Shown here one piece after another: positions 9,686-18,847 of a DNA stretch of 64,000 nucleotides. Origin of the DNA: a virus; IMG/VR virus record IMGVR_UViG_3300020171_000019, positions 12,138 to 76,137 of that record; one strand, 5' to 3'. Both the position numbers and the translations under genes were made by a program. Positions within the stretch are counted from its first letter, which is position 1. The number at the start of each line of letters is the position of its first letter. A model generated the notes under the pieces. That model had not been told where the DNA came from, searched no databases, and was given only the letters and a program-made list of their open reading frames with translations.

Positions 9686-11760
9686 TGATCCCCCTTCGCG
9701 CATTCGGCAGAGACCTTCAGAAAGTCCACCTCCGGCGGGAGGCCGGGCTTGTTCGGGACACAAAGTCGATACTGGACAGAATGCGCAGGGACATGACTGC
9801 CACGGCTGATGAGTGGCTTGACGCAATGGTAATCAACGGGCAGCTCAACTACAAGCTCTGGGACAGATGGCAGCGGTCGTTCGTGAATGCACTCCACAGG
9901 AACATCAAGGACGCCTATGACGATCTGGCAGGGTTGACAATCACAGCGCAAAAGACCGCGTTTGATACTGCATCCAGTGCCATAGTTGCCGAGTTCAAGA
10001 CGCTGTATCCGATGATCAAGGTCGAGAAGACAGACAAAGAGCCTAAGCCACTGACGTTCATCGACAAGTCTTTGGAGGCACTACATGCCGAGTGCTGCGC
10101 AGAACTTATGGAGTCTGGTATTGGCCAGGAACAGGCCGAAGCACAATCGTGGGCCTCCGTAACTGCGTGGAGTTCGATCGAGGAGGCAAGGATTCCGGTA
10201 CTTCAAGTTGGCAAGGGGAGAGTGACGCCGGAGTATCTTCAGTTCTTGCGGGATCAAACACGGTCGGACATCGCTCCTGGGAATCTCATCAAGACCATAT
10301 CGGCGGATCAATTGAAGGTGGTTCAGGGCACTCTTGTGTCGGCGATGGAAAAAGGCAAGGACATGCGATGGACGAAAGACAAGATAATGAGTGAGCTTGG
10401 CAAGGGGATGATCGACGAAAAAGCCAAGGAGAAACTTGACTACAACGTAATGCGGATTGTTAGGACGTCTCACAACAGGGCGGCCAATGCAAGTATTGCC
10501 TATTTCTCTGCGCAGAATCCAGTGGTTGCCGAGATGGAGAGAGTCGCGGATGGGAGACCTTGCGCGGCATGTATAACCGGGGACACAAAAATCATAACAA
10601 AAGATGGCCGAAAGCCGATAACCGATGTACAGATTGGGGATGAGGTATTGACACACAAGGGCAGGTTTATGCCAGTCCTACAAACTATGTCGCGAGGGTA
10701 TTGTGGCGTGATGGTGCTCATTCATGCAAGAGGAAGGAGCTTGCGTATGACTCCGGAGCACGAAATTCTTACAGAGTACGGTTTTGTGCCGGCTATGACG
10801 CTTAAGCATAGCGACGGCATTGTCGTGTGGGATGATAAGGCGAAGGAGATGTTTTATTGTCGACCAGACTGGTTCACATTGTACGAAGATGAACCTTGGG
10901 AAGAGATGGTCTATAATCTCGAAGTGGCCGAGGATAACTCGTACGTAGCAAACGGGATATGTGTCCACAATTGTCTTATCCTCGATGGTACTCGATACGC
11001 TAAGGGGCAGGTGCTTGTAGACCACCCTAACGGGATGTGCCTATTGACGCCTGTCGTGAAGAGCCTCGAAGAGATGGGTTACGACTACAACAGCCTTCCG
11101 GAGACAGCCAAGAAAGCATGGGTGAGGCAAGAGCGGCCACATCCACCAATGAAGATCGAGTTCTATGAATTGCCGGAGAAGGATCAACGCATTGTGCTCG
11201 GCAATTCGACATTTGAGTTGTGGAAGAAGGAGAAGTTCCCTCTTGAGGCATTGGTGGTGCGGAGTAAGGGGTGGTTGACTCCTATCACGTTCAAGGATCT
11301 ACAGGCGAAGATTAGCACCCTCGGCGGACTGTCTGCACCCAAGGCAAGTCTGACGTTGGCCGATGGAACTATGAGAATACTTACCGCCGCAGATCGGGCG
11401 ATTACGCTTCCCCTCGATCCTGTGGACAGAGCGAACCCAGATGCGGTTATATGGCAAGGACAACCTCCTCGGGTGTCAGGCCAGTATCAACAGGATTTGT
11501 TTGGGATGGGCGTTGACGGGATGATACCGGAAAGCGTGAGGGCACAGGCTGAGGACTGGTTGTTCTCGGTTGGCAAGTTACCAGATGATGCAACTTGGAG
11601 GGCGCAGGCCATAGCAGGGGCGAAGTGGCAGGAGTTCAATGAATACGCTCGGACCCTGGGGCTCTACGCACGGAAGGGCACAGATGGACGATTCTACTAT
11701 GTCGTGCCAAAGGGCAAGGAGTTCAATGCGGCGATGCGGCTGACCAAGAAGGCATCATAA
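9685..11760 (+). CDS. minor head protein (MuF/SPP1 gp7-like) with intein and C-terminal extension
   Basis: RIVRT...DGRPCAA[intein]C...HPNGMC MuF motifs; follows the portal; TAATG-coupled start. Confidence 0.85.
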   Translation: MIPLRAFGRDLQKVHLRREAGLVRDTKSILDRMRRDMTATADEWLDAMVINGQLNYKLWDRWQRSFVNALHRNIKDAYDDLAGLTITAQKTAFDTASSAIVAEFKTLYPMIKVEKTDKEPKPLTFIDKSLEALHAECCAELMESGIGQEQAEAQSWASVTAWSSIEEARIPVLQVGKGRVTPEYLQFLRDQTRSDIAPGNLIKTISADQLKVVQGTLVSAMEKGKDMRWTKDKIMSELGKGMIDEKAKEKLDYNVMRIVRTSHNRAANASIAYFSAQNPVVAEMERVADGRPCAACITGDTKIITKDGRKPITDVQIGDEVLTHKGRFMPVLQTMSRGYCGVMVLIHARGRSLRMTPEHEILTEYGFVPAMTLKHSDGIVVWDDKAKEMFYCRPDWFTLYEDEPWEEMVYNLEVAEDNSYVANGICVHNCLILDGTRYAKGQVLVDHPNGMCLLTPVVKSLEEMGYDYNSLPETAKKAWVRQERPHPPMKIEFYELPEKDQRIVLGNSTFELWKKEKFPLEALVVRSKGWLTPITFKDLQAKISTLGGLSAPKASLTLADGTMRILTAADRAITLPLDPVDRANPDAVIWQGQPPRVSGQYQQDLFGMGVDGMIPESVRAQAEDWLFSVGKLPDDATWRAQAIAGAKWQEFNEYARTLGLYARKGTDGRFYYVVPKGKEFNAAMRLTKKAS
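10570..10971 (+). mobile_element. mini-intein (134 aa, Hint only, no homing endonuclease)
   Basis: CITGDT start, TPEH block B, VYNLEV...YVANGICVHN end, +1 Cys. Confidence 0.92.
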
Positions 11761-11776
11761 CCAGAAGGAAACTACA

Positions 11777-12007
11777 ATGCTTAATGCCACATGCCCGAAA
11801 TGTGATAACGACAAGACGATCAAGCAGTATAAGGCTGGCACGAGTGCAGGCAAGACTGGAATCCCGGAGTGCCTGGTATGGAGATGTATATCTTGCGGTT
11901 ATACATGGAGAACGCCTTGTGCCGATGCAACAAATGATGAGTCTGTGAATGTCACAGAGGTAGGGCCGATCCATCCACTCATGGAGGCCAGATTCGGTAC
12001 GGCATAG
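11777..12007 (+). CDS. zinc-ribbon protein
   Basis: CPKC...CISCGY. Confidence 0.6.
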   Translation: MLNATCPKCDNDKTIKQYKAGTSAGKTGIPECLVWRCISCGYTWRTPCADATNDESVNVTEVGPIHPLMEARFGTA

Positions 12008-12028
12008 TTGCGCGTGAGAGGAGGGCGC

Positions 12029-12229
12029 ATGGGGCCACTGAGGGAGATATACGACGTGGAAGCCGTAGCGCGGCATTTCGGAAAATCGCCCAAGACAATC
12101 TTGAGGATGATTTATGCGGGGCGCATAAATGCTGCGAAGGTCGGACGGTCTTGGTGTATCCATCGGGAAGTCATTGAGGAGATGGATCAGCGGATTCGAC
12201 ACGGTAATTTGGCGCATGCTGGACATTGA
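12029..12229 (+). CDS. excisionase-like HTH DNA-binding protein
   Basis: YDVEAVARHFGKSPKTILRMIYAGRINAAKVGRSWCI. Confidence 0.8.
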   Translation: MGPLREIYDVEAVARHFGKSPKTILRMIYAGRINAAKVGRSWCIHREVIEEMDQRIRHGNLAHAGH

Positions 12230-12262
12230 AGGACAGAACAGACAGGAATAACAAGAAAGGCC

Positions 12263-12291
12263 TTGACAAGCATATGACTATATAGTATATT
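12263..12291 (+). promoter_or_regulatory. sigma70-type promoter for capsid operon
   Basis: TTGACA-17 bp-TATATT. Confidence 0.7.
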
Positions 12292-12328
12292 CGCTCAGAA
12301 AGCAACAGTATCGCGGTAGGCAGCATAG

Positions 12329-12370
12329 GCACGCTTGGGGTTTTCCCCTCCCCAGGCGTGCTTTCTTTTT
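12329..12370 (+). terminator. intrinsic terminator-like hairpin in capsid-operon leader
   Basis: GCACGCTTGGGG...CCCCAGGCGTGC followed by TTTCTTTTT. Confidence 0.65.
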
Positions 12371-12387
12371 GGAAGGAGGAGAGGCTG

Positions 12388-13974
12388 ATGAGTATTGCCC
12401 GGTTGCGAGTAGCAACATCACTGAGTGAAGCAAAGTTCGACGATGAACAAAAGACGATCCTGGTGAGGGTCTTGTCTCCTGGTTGGAGCAAGAACGGGAA
12501 CTACTACTCCCCGACTGTGGCGGCGTCACTGGCCGAGAAGGTGAAGGAGTCTGCGAAATCATATATCGACCACAAGCAGAATCCAGAAACAAAAGCATTC
12601 GGTCGGTCACTTCGGGATTGGGCAGCGACGGTCGAGGACACGTTTGTTGAGTCTGGCGTGCCGTATGCCAAACTGCGAATGACTGAGAATCCGGAGAGTG
12701 CGTGGCTTTATGAAGAGGCTAAGAAGAATCCGGGAGAAGTAGGCATCTCTATTGACGCGCAGGCGAAGGTCACAGAAAACGGTGAGGCAGAAGGGCGTAA
12801 GGGGCGGGTTGTTGATGAGATCATGAGTGCGCGGTGCGATCTGGTTGCATCTCCCTCGGCAGGTGGACAGGTAATGCAGGTACTTCAGTCGATGGGCGAT
12901 GTCGAGGAGATGGATGGCGAGAAAAAGACCATGCCCATGTCGATGATGGACATCAAGACCATGCAGGATATGAACAAGAAGCGCAGAGAGGAAAATGACA
13001 AGGAATGGGACTTGATGGACTCATTCAAGACTGTCATGCGCAACATCCATAATCCTGAGAATGGAGCGAGTGACGAGGAAAAGGCCATTGCATTTGACAC
13101 GGCGCTTGAAGACCTCAAGAACGGACTGAGCCAGATCGATTGGAAAGCGGTGTTTGCCGATACTGATCACGTGATGGCGTCCTGCGGAGTAGATGTTGAA
13201 TTGCTCGGCTACGTGCTTACAGAGGCAGACCTCCCAGAGGCAGTTACGTCATGGTCTGTAATCACGGAGGCTTATACCTTCTCGGGTGACAGTTGGGCGA
13301 CAGTAGACAAGTCAGCCCTGGCACCAGAAGACCATCTGATTGTCGGAGATCCCGCAGTCAAGGGCACATGGCACCTGCCCTACAAGAAGGGGAACGTAGT
13401 CTACAAGGGTGCGCTGCGGGCAATCTCGACAATCCTGAAAACCGGGAAATTCAGAGGCAAGGCAATGACATTCACGATCCCGGATGACGTAAAGGTGAAA
13501 GTGGAAGGGCTGTTGAAGGCGGCCAAAATCGGCCAATATGCAGAGAGTGTGCCAGAAGTGGCGCCAATCACAAAGGAGGTAGATGTGACTGACGAAGAAA
13601 TCAAGCAGGCAATCGCTGAATCACTCAACCCGATTCTGGCGAAGCTGGAAGTCCTGGACGTGTCGCTGAAGGCTGTGGCTCCTGTTATCGACCGGCTGGA
13701 TGCGGCTGACAAGGCTGTGACCCATCGCGCCAAGATTACACAGGCAGCGGCAGAGGTTGGTCTTCCTGGGGCGTATCTGAGCGAGGTCTTCATGCAGGGG
13801 TTGATGAACCTGTCTGATGACACGACGATCAAGGAGGCACTGAACGACAGAAAGTCGCTGGTATTCCGCACGGCGGGACGGGCGGTGGATAGCGGAGTGA
13901 CGTATCCTGTGATTGAGATGCAGGAAGTGGCTGCTGCCAAGGATGCGGCTGGACGACTGTCGTTGTTCAACTAA
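12388..13974 (+). CDS. prohead protease/scaffold fusion
   Basis: SKNGNYY, YIDH, GISI, DLVASPSAGG protease motifs; helical C-terminus; precedes capsid genes. Confidence 0.8.
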   Translation: MSIARLRVATSLSEAKFDDEQKTILVRVLSPGWSKNGNYYSPTVAASLAEKVKESAKSYIDHKQNPETKAFGRSLRDWAATVEDTFVESGVPYAKLRMTENPESAWLYEEAKKNPGEVGISIDAQAKVTENGEAEGRKGRVVDEIMSARCDLVASPSAGGQVMQVLQSMGDVEEMDGEKKTMPMSMMDIKTMQDMNKKRREENDKEWDLMDSFKTVMRNIHNPENGASDEEKAIAFDTALEDLKNGLSQIDWKAVFADTDHVMASCGVDVELLGYVLTEADLPEAVTSWSVITEAYTFSGDSWATVDKSALAPEDHLIVGDPAVKGTWHLPYKKGNVVYKGALRAISTILKTGKFRGKAMTFTIPDDVKVKVEGLLKAAKIGQYAESVPEVAPITKEVDVTDEEIKQAIAESLNPILAKLEVLDVSLKAVAPVIDRLDAADKAVTHRAKITQAAAEVGLPGAYLSEVFMQGLMNLSDDTTIKEALNDRKSLVFRTAGRAVDSGVTYPVIEMQEVAAAKDAAGRLSLFN

Positions 13975-13998
13975 CGACAGAGGAAGGAGGGCGCAGAC

Positions 13999-14424
13999 GT
14001 GGCAGTCAATAGTGACATCAAGATCGTGAAATACAATCCGATGTACCTCATCTCCAATCCTATCGCCTCGGCGACGGTGGTTGGGGTGGGTGACTTGATC
14101 GCGATTGAGTCAGACCTTGCAACGGTGCTCAGTCAGGCCGATGATGATCAGTATTTCTCAGGGCCGTCACAGGATCACTCGGCATCCGGGGATATTCTGG
14201 ACATCACGACCTATGGCAAGTGCGTCGCCAGGGTGACGGTGGCCTCTGCGACCTACGGGATCGGAGATGATCTTGAGTGGCAGAGCGGGGCGAACGGCAC
14301 GGCTTGGGTGTTCGTAGCAGGGGCGACAAATCCTGTTGCGCAGAGTATGCAACAGCTTGACGCGACAGGTACGGGGCCGATTCTCGTATCATTCGACGTG
14401 CAGAAACTCGGCATCTTTACTTAG
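13999..14424 (+). CDS. capsid decoration/cement protein, paralog 1
   Basis: Between scaffold and MCP; about 75% identical to the next gene by manual alignment. Confidence 0.7.
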   Translation: MAVNSDIKIVKYNPMYLISNPIASATVVGVGDLIAIESDLATVLSQADDDQYFSGPSQDHSASGDILDITTYGKCVARVTVASATYGIGDDLEWQSGANGTAWVFVAGATNPVAQSMQQLDATGTGPILVSFDVQKLGIFT

Positions 14425-14447
14425 CAAAGGGGAAGGAGGGAAACTGA

Positions 14448-14876
14448 ATGGCATCATTGAATAGTGACATCAAGATCGTGAAGTATGATCCGATGTGGCT
14501 CCTGACTTGCCCCATTGCTTCGGCAACTACGGTAGGAGTAGGAGACCTGATTTCGCTGGAGTCTGATCTTGCGACCGTATACAGTCAGGACAGTGATGAT
14601 CAATACTTCATTGGGCCTGCGCAAGATGCGTCTCAGTCGGGCGAAACACTGGACATTTCGGCATACGGTAAGTGCGTAGCGAGGGTCACAGTCTCTTCAT
14701 CGACCTACGGGATCGGTGAGAAACTGGAATACGTGAGTGGTGGAAATGGCACGGCATGGATCTTCGAGGCTGGATCAACCAACACCATCGCCCAGAGCAT
14801 ACAGCAACTCGATGCTACCGGCACGGGGCCGATTCTTGTGGTCTTCGATGCTCAGAAATACGGCATCTTTACCTAA
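14448..14876 (+). CDS. capsid decoration/cement protein, paralog 2
   Basis: Tandem paralog of 13999-14424. Confidence 0.7.
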   Translation: MASLNSDIKIVKYDPMWLLTCPIASATTVGVGDLISLESDLATVYSQDSDDQYFIGPAQDASQSGETLDISAYGKCVARVTVSSSTYGIGEKLEYVSGGNGTAWIFEAGSTNTIAQSIQQLDATGTGPILVVFDAQKYGIFT

Positions 14877-14897
14877 ACACCCAGGAGGTGAGGGAAA

Positions 14898-16076
14898 ATG
14901 GAACTGATTGAATCGATCAGACAGCACGTAAGGTCACACGAGCTTGAGTGTGGCAGCAATAAGAAACTGGCCTGGAAGCATGCTGGGGCCGAGTTGCAGG
15001 AATGGTTCCTGAGTGGCAAGGTAGACGCCACCAAGTTCTCGTTGAAGGCAATCGCGGAGGCAACGATACCGGGATTCAGTGGAATGAAGAACTCCAGCGC
15101 CGAGGAACTCTCTGAGGCAATGGTAACGTCGGCATTCCCGAACATCACCGGTTCGCTGATTCACAGCCGGATCATCGCGGCCTATGACTACGAACTTGGG
15201 AGCCTCAAGGAACTGATCACAGAGGACACTGCAATCGACTATCCTGACTCCAGGATTGCCGGTTTCGGCGCAGGCGACGACCTCGACTTCATCGCCGAGG
15301 GAAAGCAGTACGAGGACACCATCCTGACCGAGAAGAACGTCCAGGTAAGAATTGGGAAGTTCGGCAAGATGATCGAGCTTACCAGGGAAATGGTGCTCTT
15401 CGACAAGACGAACCAAGCGGTAAGTCGTGCTCGTGCGATCGGCGAAAAGGCTGGGTCGCATCAAGCCAAGATGATAGTGCAGACAATAGAGATGCTTCCG
15501 CGGACTTGCTTCGGGGAAACCACATCGAACCTGCGCAACTTCGTCTACAACGGATCTGTAACCACAGTCGGTAACTTCTACAACACCGATCACTCTGCCG
15601 TTCTGGACGCACAAGTCAACAGCAACAAGATCACGACCGCCCTGACGACTGCCGGAATGAACGAGGCATATGCGTTGCTGGCGGCGATGGTTGACGAGCG
15701 CGGAACCAAGATTAGCATCAAGCCGATGCACATCCTCGTGCATCCGTCGAATGAGGCGATCCTGGATCAGTTGCTGCACTCTCAGAAACAGTATGACACT
15801 GCCCATGACGCCCTGAACCCTTACGGGCCGGGTGGGCTTCGTAGTGGACTGCGGCCTATAAGCTCAGTGTTCATCGCTGATGCCGACGACTGGTATTTGG
15901 GGCGGTTCGCAAATCAGGTCGAGTGGTGTTGGGGCTGGAAGCCTGAGACGTTGGCGCAGGGTGCCACATCCGACGCGGCATTCGAGCGTGACGTGGTCAA
16001 CCGGTTCCGGTTCGGCTACATGGGTGGATGTGCCCACACGGACTACCGTTACATCATCAACGCCAACGTGGCATAA
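14898..16076 (+). CDS. major capsid protein (Mu gpT-like, HK97 fold)
   Basis: KFGKMIELTREMVLFD, KPMHILVHP, DDWYL, DYRYI; 392 aa. Confidence 0.88.
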   Translation: MELIESIRQHVRSHELECGSNKKLAWKHAGAELQEWFLSGKVDATKFSLKAIAEATIPGFSGMKNSSAEELSEAMVTSAFPNITGSLIHSRIIAAYDYELGSLKELITEDTAIDYPDSRIAGFGAGDDLDFIAEGKQYEDTILTEKNVQVRIGKFGKMIELTREMVLFDKTNQAVSRARAIGEKAGSHQAKMIVQTIEMLPRTCFGETTSNLRNFVYNGSVTTVGNFYNTDHSAVLDAQVNSNKITTALTTAGMNEAYALLAAMVDERGTKISIKPMHILVHPSNEAILDQLLHSQKQYDTAHDALNPYGPGGLRSGLRPISSVFIADADDWYLGRFANQVEWCWGWKPETLAQGATSDAAFERDVVNRFRFGYMGGCAHTDYRYIINANVA

Positions 16077-16086
16077 GGAGGCCGAT

Positions 16087-16722
16087 ATGAGGACGAGCAT
16101 CAAATGGCTCACGATCGGTATCCTTCTGGCGTCGGCGGTGACGGTCTGGGCGGCAGCAACGCACATCGGGCGGATCGTCTTTACGGAGGTTCCGGAAGTT
16201 ACCGGTAGTAACGCAGAGACGATTAGCAATACCACCAATGGCTCTTGGACGCTGGACAAGTTGATTATCACGAGTTCACCGGAGATTACAGGAGCCAATG
16301 GGGAGTATTGGACTAACACCACAAACAACATCTGGAGTTCAGATGGGGCCGTCAATACTACGGCACAGTTCACCGTTGATAGTTCGCCCATTGTCAGAAC
16401 CCTGACCATCCCGATAGACAGTCTTGGCATGACGGACGTGGACATTCCGGGGGTTATCACGCTGGAGAGTGACATCACCATATTACGAGCACAGGTGACC
16501 TCGATTGATGTGACAGCCGGAAATGCCTGCTACGTTGTGTTCCATTCTGGGGCGATACGGGATTCTGTCTCAGTTGCTCAGGGTGCACAGACAGGCGCGA
16601 ACACTACAGACTATAGCCTATCGGCAGCGGCTGTGTGCAGTCTCCTTGTAAGCGACGGATCGGCAGGCACTGGCGGGACTGGTGCCATGGTGGTGATTCA
16701 GTATACCGACAAGAACGACTAA
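16087..16722 (+). CDS. beta-rich protein with Sec signal peptide (decoration-like)
   Basis: MRTSIKWLTIGILLASAVTVWA; AAGGAGG RBS immediately after the MCP stop. Confidence 0.7.
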   Translation: MRTSIKWLTIGILLASAVTVWAAATHIGRIVFTEVPEVTGSNAETISNTTNGSWTLDKLIITSSPEITGANGEYWTNTTNNIWSSDGAVNTTAQFTVDSSPIVRTLTIPIDSLGMTDVDIPGVITLESDITILRAQVTSIDVTAGNACYVVFHSGAIRDSVSVAQGAQTGANTTDYSLSAAAVCSLLVSDGSAGTGGTGAMVVIQYTDKND

Positions 16723-16778
16723 CCGAAGGGAGGTGTCCTAACAGGCGCCTCCCGTTCGCCTTACATTGGAGTTGATCA

Positions 16779-18320
16779 GTGGCGGTTGTCTACGGAGATG
16801 TATCGGCATCGCGGACGCTGGAAGTAACGCCTTCTGATGTCCGAGTCAAAACATTTGATGCGCCGGCAGCGAGTGCTCGGGTGTCGGGCGATGTCACTGT
16901 AACGTATACGCTCGAATCTGACCTGACGGTTACGGCTTCCATTGGCGTGCAGTGGAGCACAAACGGCTCTTCATGGGCAACTGCCACGATGGGCACCGGC
17001 GGCGATGGCACGAGCGGACTTGCAACATCCGGGGCTGGCACGTCACATACATACATCTGGGATAGCGTAACTGACGTTGGGTCTGCTCTGGAGGATGAGG
17101 TATACCTGCGCATCCGGGCCAGCGATGGAGCTGCTTGGAGCGGCTATACGACGTCTTCTGCTTTTACGGTTGACAATCTCCCTACTGCATCCTCGTTGAC
17201 GACTCCTGCCGATAGCTGGTTTGCCAAGGACACAACTCCGATCTTTGCATTTACCATTCCGACCGATCCAGGCGGGGATTACCTGCATTTCAAGTGTGAT
17301 GTCAGGAATACCGCAGGAGCGATTACTCTGAGTAGGGAGTCAAACACAACTCCGACTGGTTGGGAGTATTGGGACGACAACAGTTCTGATTACACAGGCA
17401 AGCGATACCGAGCCTACTATGTGCAGAATTTGACGGTCTCTTCATTGACTGGCACGACCCACACATTCGCTTCGTTGACCGATAGCGTGAGAGGGACGAC
17501 ATTGCCGGCGTCGATCACGGGCGGGCGAGTAATGCTGATGAACAAGGCCGACCGTCTGTGTTACGTGACGAGTGTCACGAGTTCAGGGTTTACGATTGCG
17601 ATGAGCGCAGCGGGTGGAGCGGATTCGGGTCTTGTGGATGTGCTTGTCTTCTACGATGACGGCGGCGGATGGGATGAGTATTGGATCTCAGGTTATGTAG
17701 TGTCGTCGGATACAGGGTTTGCGGTGAACTACTCCAACCTGACAGATGATCATTCTGTAACCGCACTTCCCGCAACAATAACCAACGCAAAAATAGTCAC
17801 CATGAGCGAAACAGATCGACAGGTTGTCATTACGTCGATTACAAATACGGGATTCACGATTCGGCGGGCGGCGGGAGGGGCAGATACGGCACAGGTAACC
17901 TTGATGATCCTGAAGACTCCGGCAGATGCTTACTGGATCACGGACTACACGGCGTCTTCGTATAGCGGGACGAGTGTTGCGTGGAGTGCTCTGACTGATG
18001 CACTTGGCGGGGCTCTGCCGACGCACATTCCTTGGCCGTTTGTGTTGGCGTGCTCGAAGAACGGGACAATGGCCTATGTGTCAGCCGCGGACGCCTACAA
18101 CATGACCATCGCAAAAAGCGTAGCAGGAGAAGACACGGATGCAACGGTTGACTTGATGATCTTCGCGCCTAACGTCACTACAGGGTTCTGGGTGCCAATG
18201 ACGACTACTGGCGTGCCGGATGCGTATGAGGGGGTTGCGGCGCGGTTTACGGTTCAGGCGGCAGATGCGTTGGCAGAAGCGACCTATACATGGACAATCA
18301 CGGCGGGAAATCTGGCATAA
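16779..18320 (+). CDS. Ig/FN3-like structural protein with three tandem H-lectin-like repeats
   Basis: VYLRIRASDG...WS FN3-like motif; three ~80 aa repeats Y[YW]..LTD..LP..GFTI..AGG.D..V. Confidence 0.7.
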   Translation: MAVVYGDVSASRTLEVTPSDVRVKTFDAPAASARVSGDVTVTYTLESDLTVTASIGVQWSTNGSSWATATMGTGGDGTSGLATSGAGTSHTYIWDSVTDVGSALEDEVYLRIRASDGAAWSGYTTSSAFTVDNLPTASSLTTPADSWFAKDTTPIFAFTIPTDPGGDYLHFKCDVRNTAGAITLSRESNTTPTGWEYWDDNSSDYTGKRYRAYYVQNLTVSSLTGTTHTFASLTDSVRGTTLPASITGGRVMLMNKADRLCYVTSVTSSGFTIAMSAAGGADSGLVDVLVFYDDGGGWDEYWISGYVVSSDTGFAVNYSNLTDDHSVTALPATITNAKIVTMSETDRQVVITSITNTGFTIRRAAGGADTAQVTLMILKTPADAYWITDYTASSYSGTSVAWSALTDALGGALPTHIPWPFVLACSKNGTMAYVSAADAYNMTIAKSVAGEDTDATVDLMIFAPNVTTGFWVPMTTTGVPDAYEGVAARFTVQAADALAEATYTWTITAGNLA

Positions 18321-18334
18321 GGAAGGGGCGATCA

Positions 18335-18835
18335 ATGAAAACGATCTTGAGTATTTTTGTAGTGGTCGGGCTTCTGTCTGGGGGTATAGCACAAGCGGAG
18401 TTGATCGAGGGATATGCGGCCAATCAGGTTGTTTTGTGGGATTCAACGGACATATTCACAGACTCTACAGACGTCACGCTATCCACTATCGTAATGATGG
18501 AGCAAAGCACACGACTGTCGGTCTACTATCAGGCGGTTTCGGCAAGCGGGACACCGAATATCAAGCTCGATATGCTCCAGTCCTACGAGAATACTGCATC
18601 GAAGTTTGCGACACCGGACACAACTACGACTCTGCGGTATAGTGGTGGTTGGTATGAGATTGCGAATATCCCGGCCATTGCAGACAGCTTGAAGGACGAA
18701 GTTGTCCACATCAAAGAGATTGCGCCGATTCCGATGAGATACTTGAGATTGAGGGTCACTGGGCGGGCTACAAATGCGCCTGATACACGAGTGAGAGTTG
18801 TTCTATTCGCACAACCACCCGTCCGCGTTCAATAG
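18335..18835 (+). CDS. beta-sandwich protein with Sec signal peptide
   Basis: MKTILSIFVVVGLLSGGIAQA; PMRYLRLRVTG. Confidence 0.7.
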   Translation: MKTILSIFVVVGLLSGGIAQAELIEGYAANQVVLWDSTDIFTDSTDVTLSTIVMMEQSTRLSVYYQAVSASGTPNIKLDMLQSYENTASKFATPDTTTTLRYSGGWYEIANIPAIADSLKDEVVHIKEIAPIPMRYLRLRVTGRATNAPDTRVRVVLFAQPPVRVQ

Positions 18836-18847
18836 AGGAGATAGGCA

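Noticed and set aside
14934-15806. Long minus-strand ORFs opposite MCP (similarly 36303-37292 and 7000-7761)
   Set aside because: Antisense shadows of well-supported plus-strand genes
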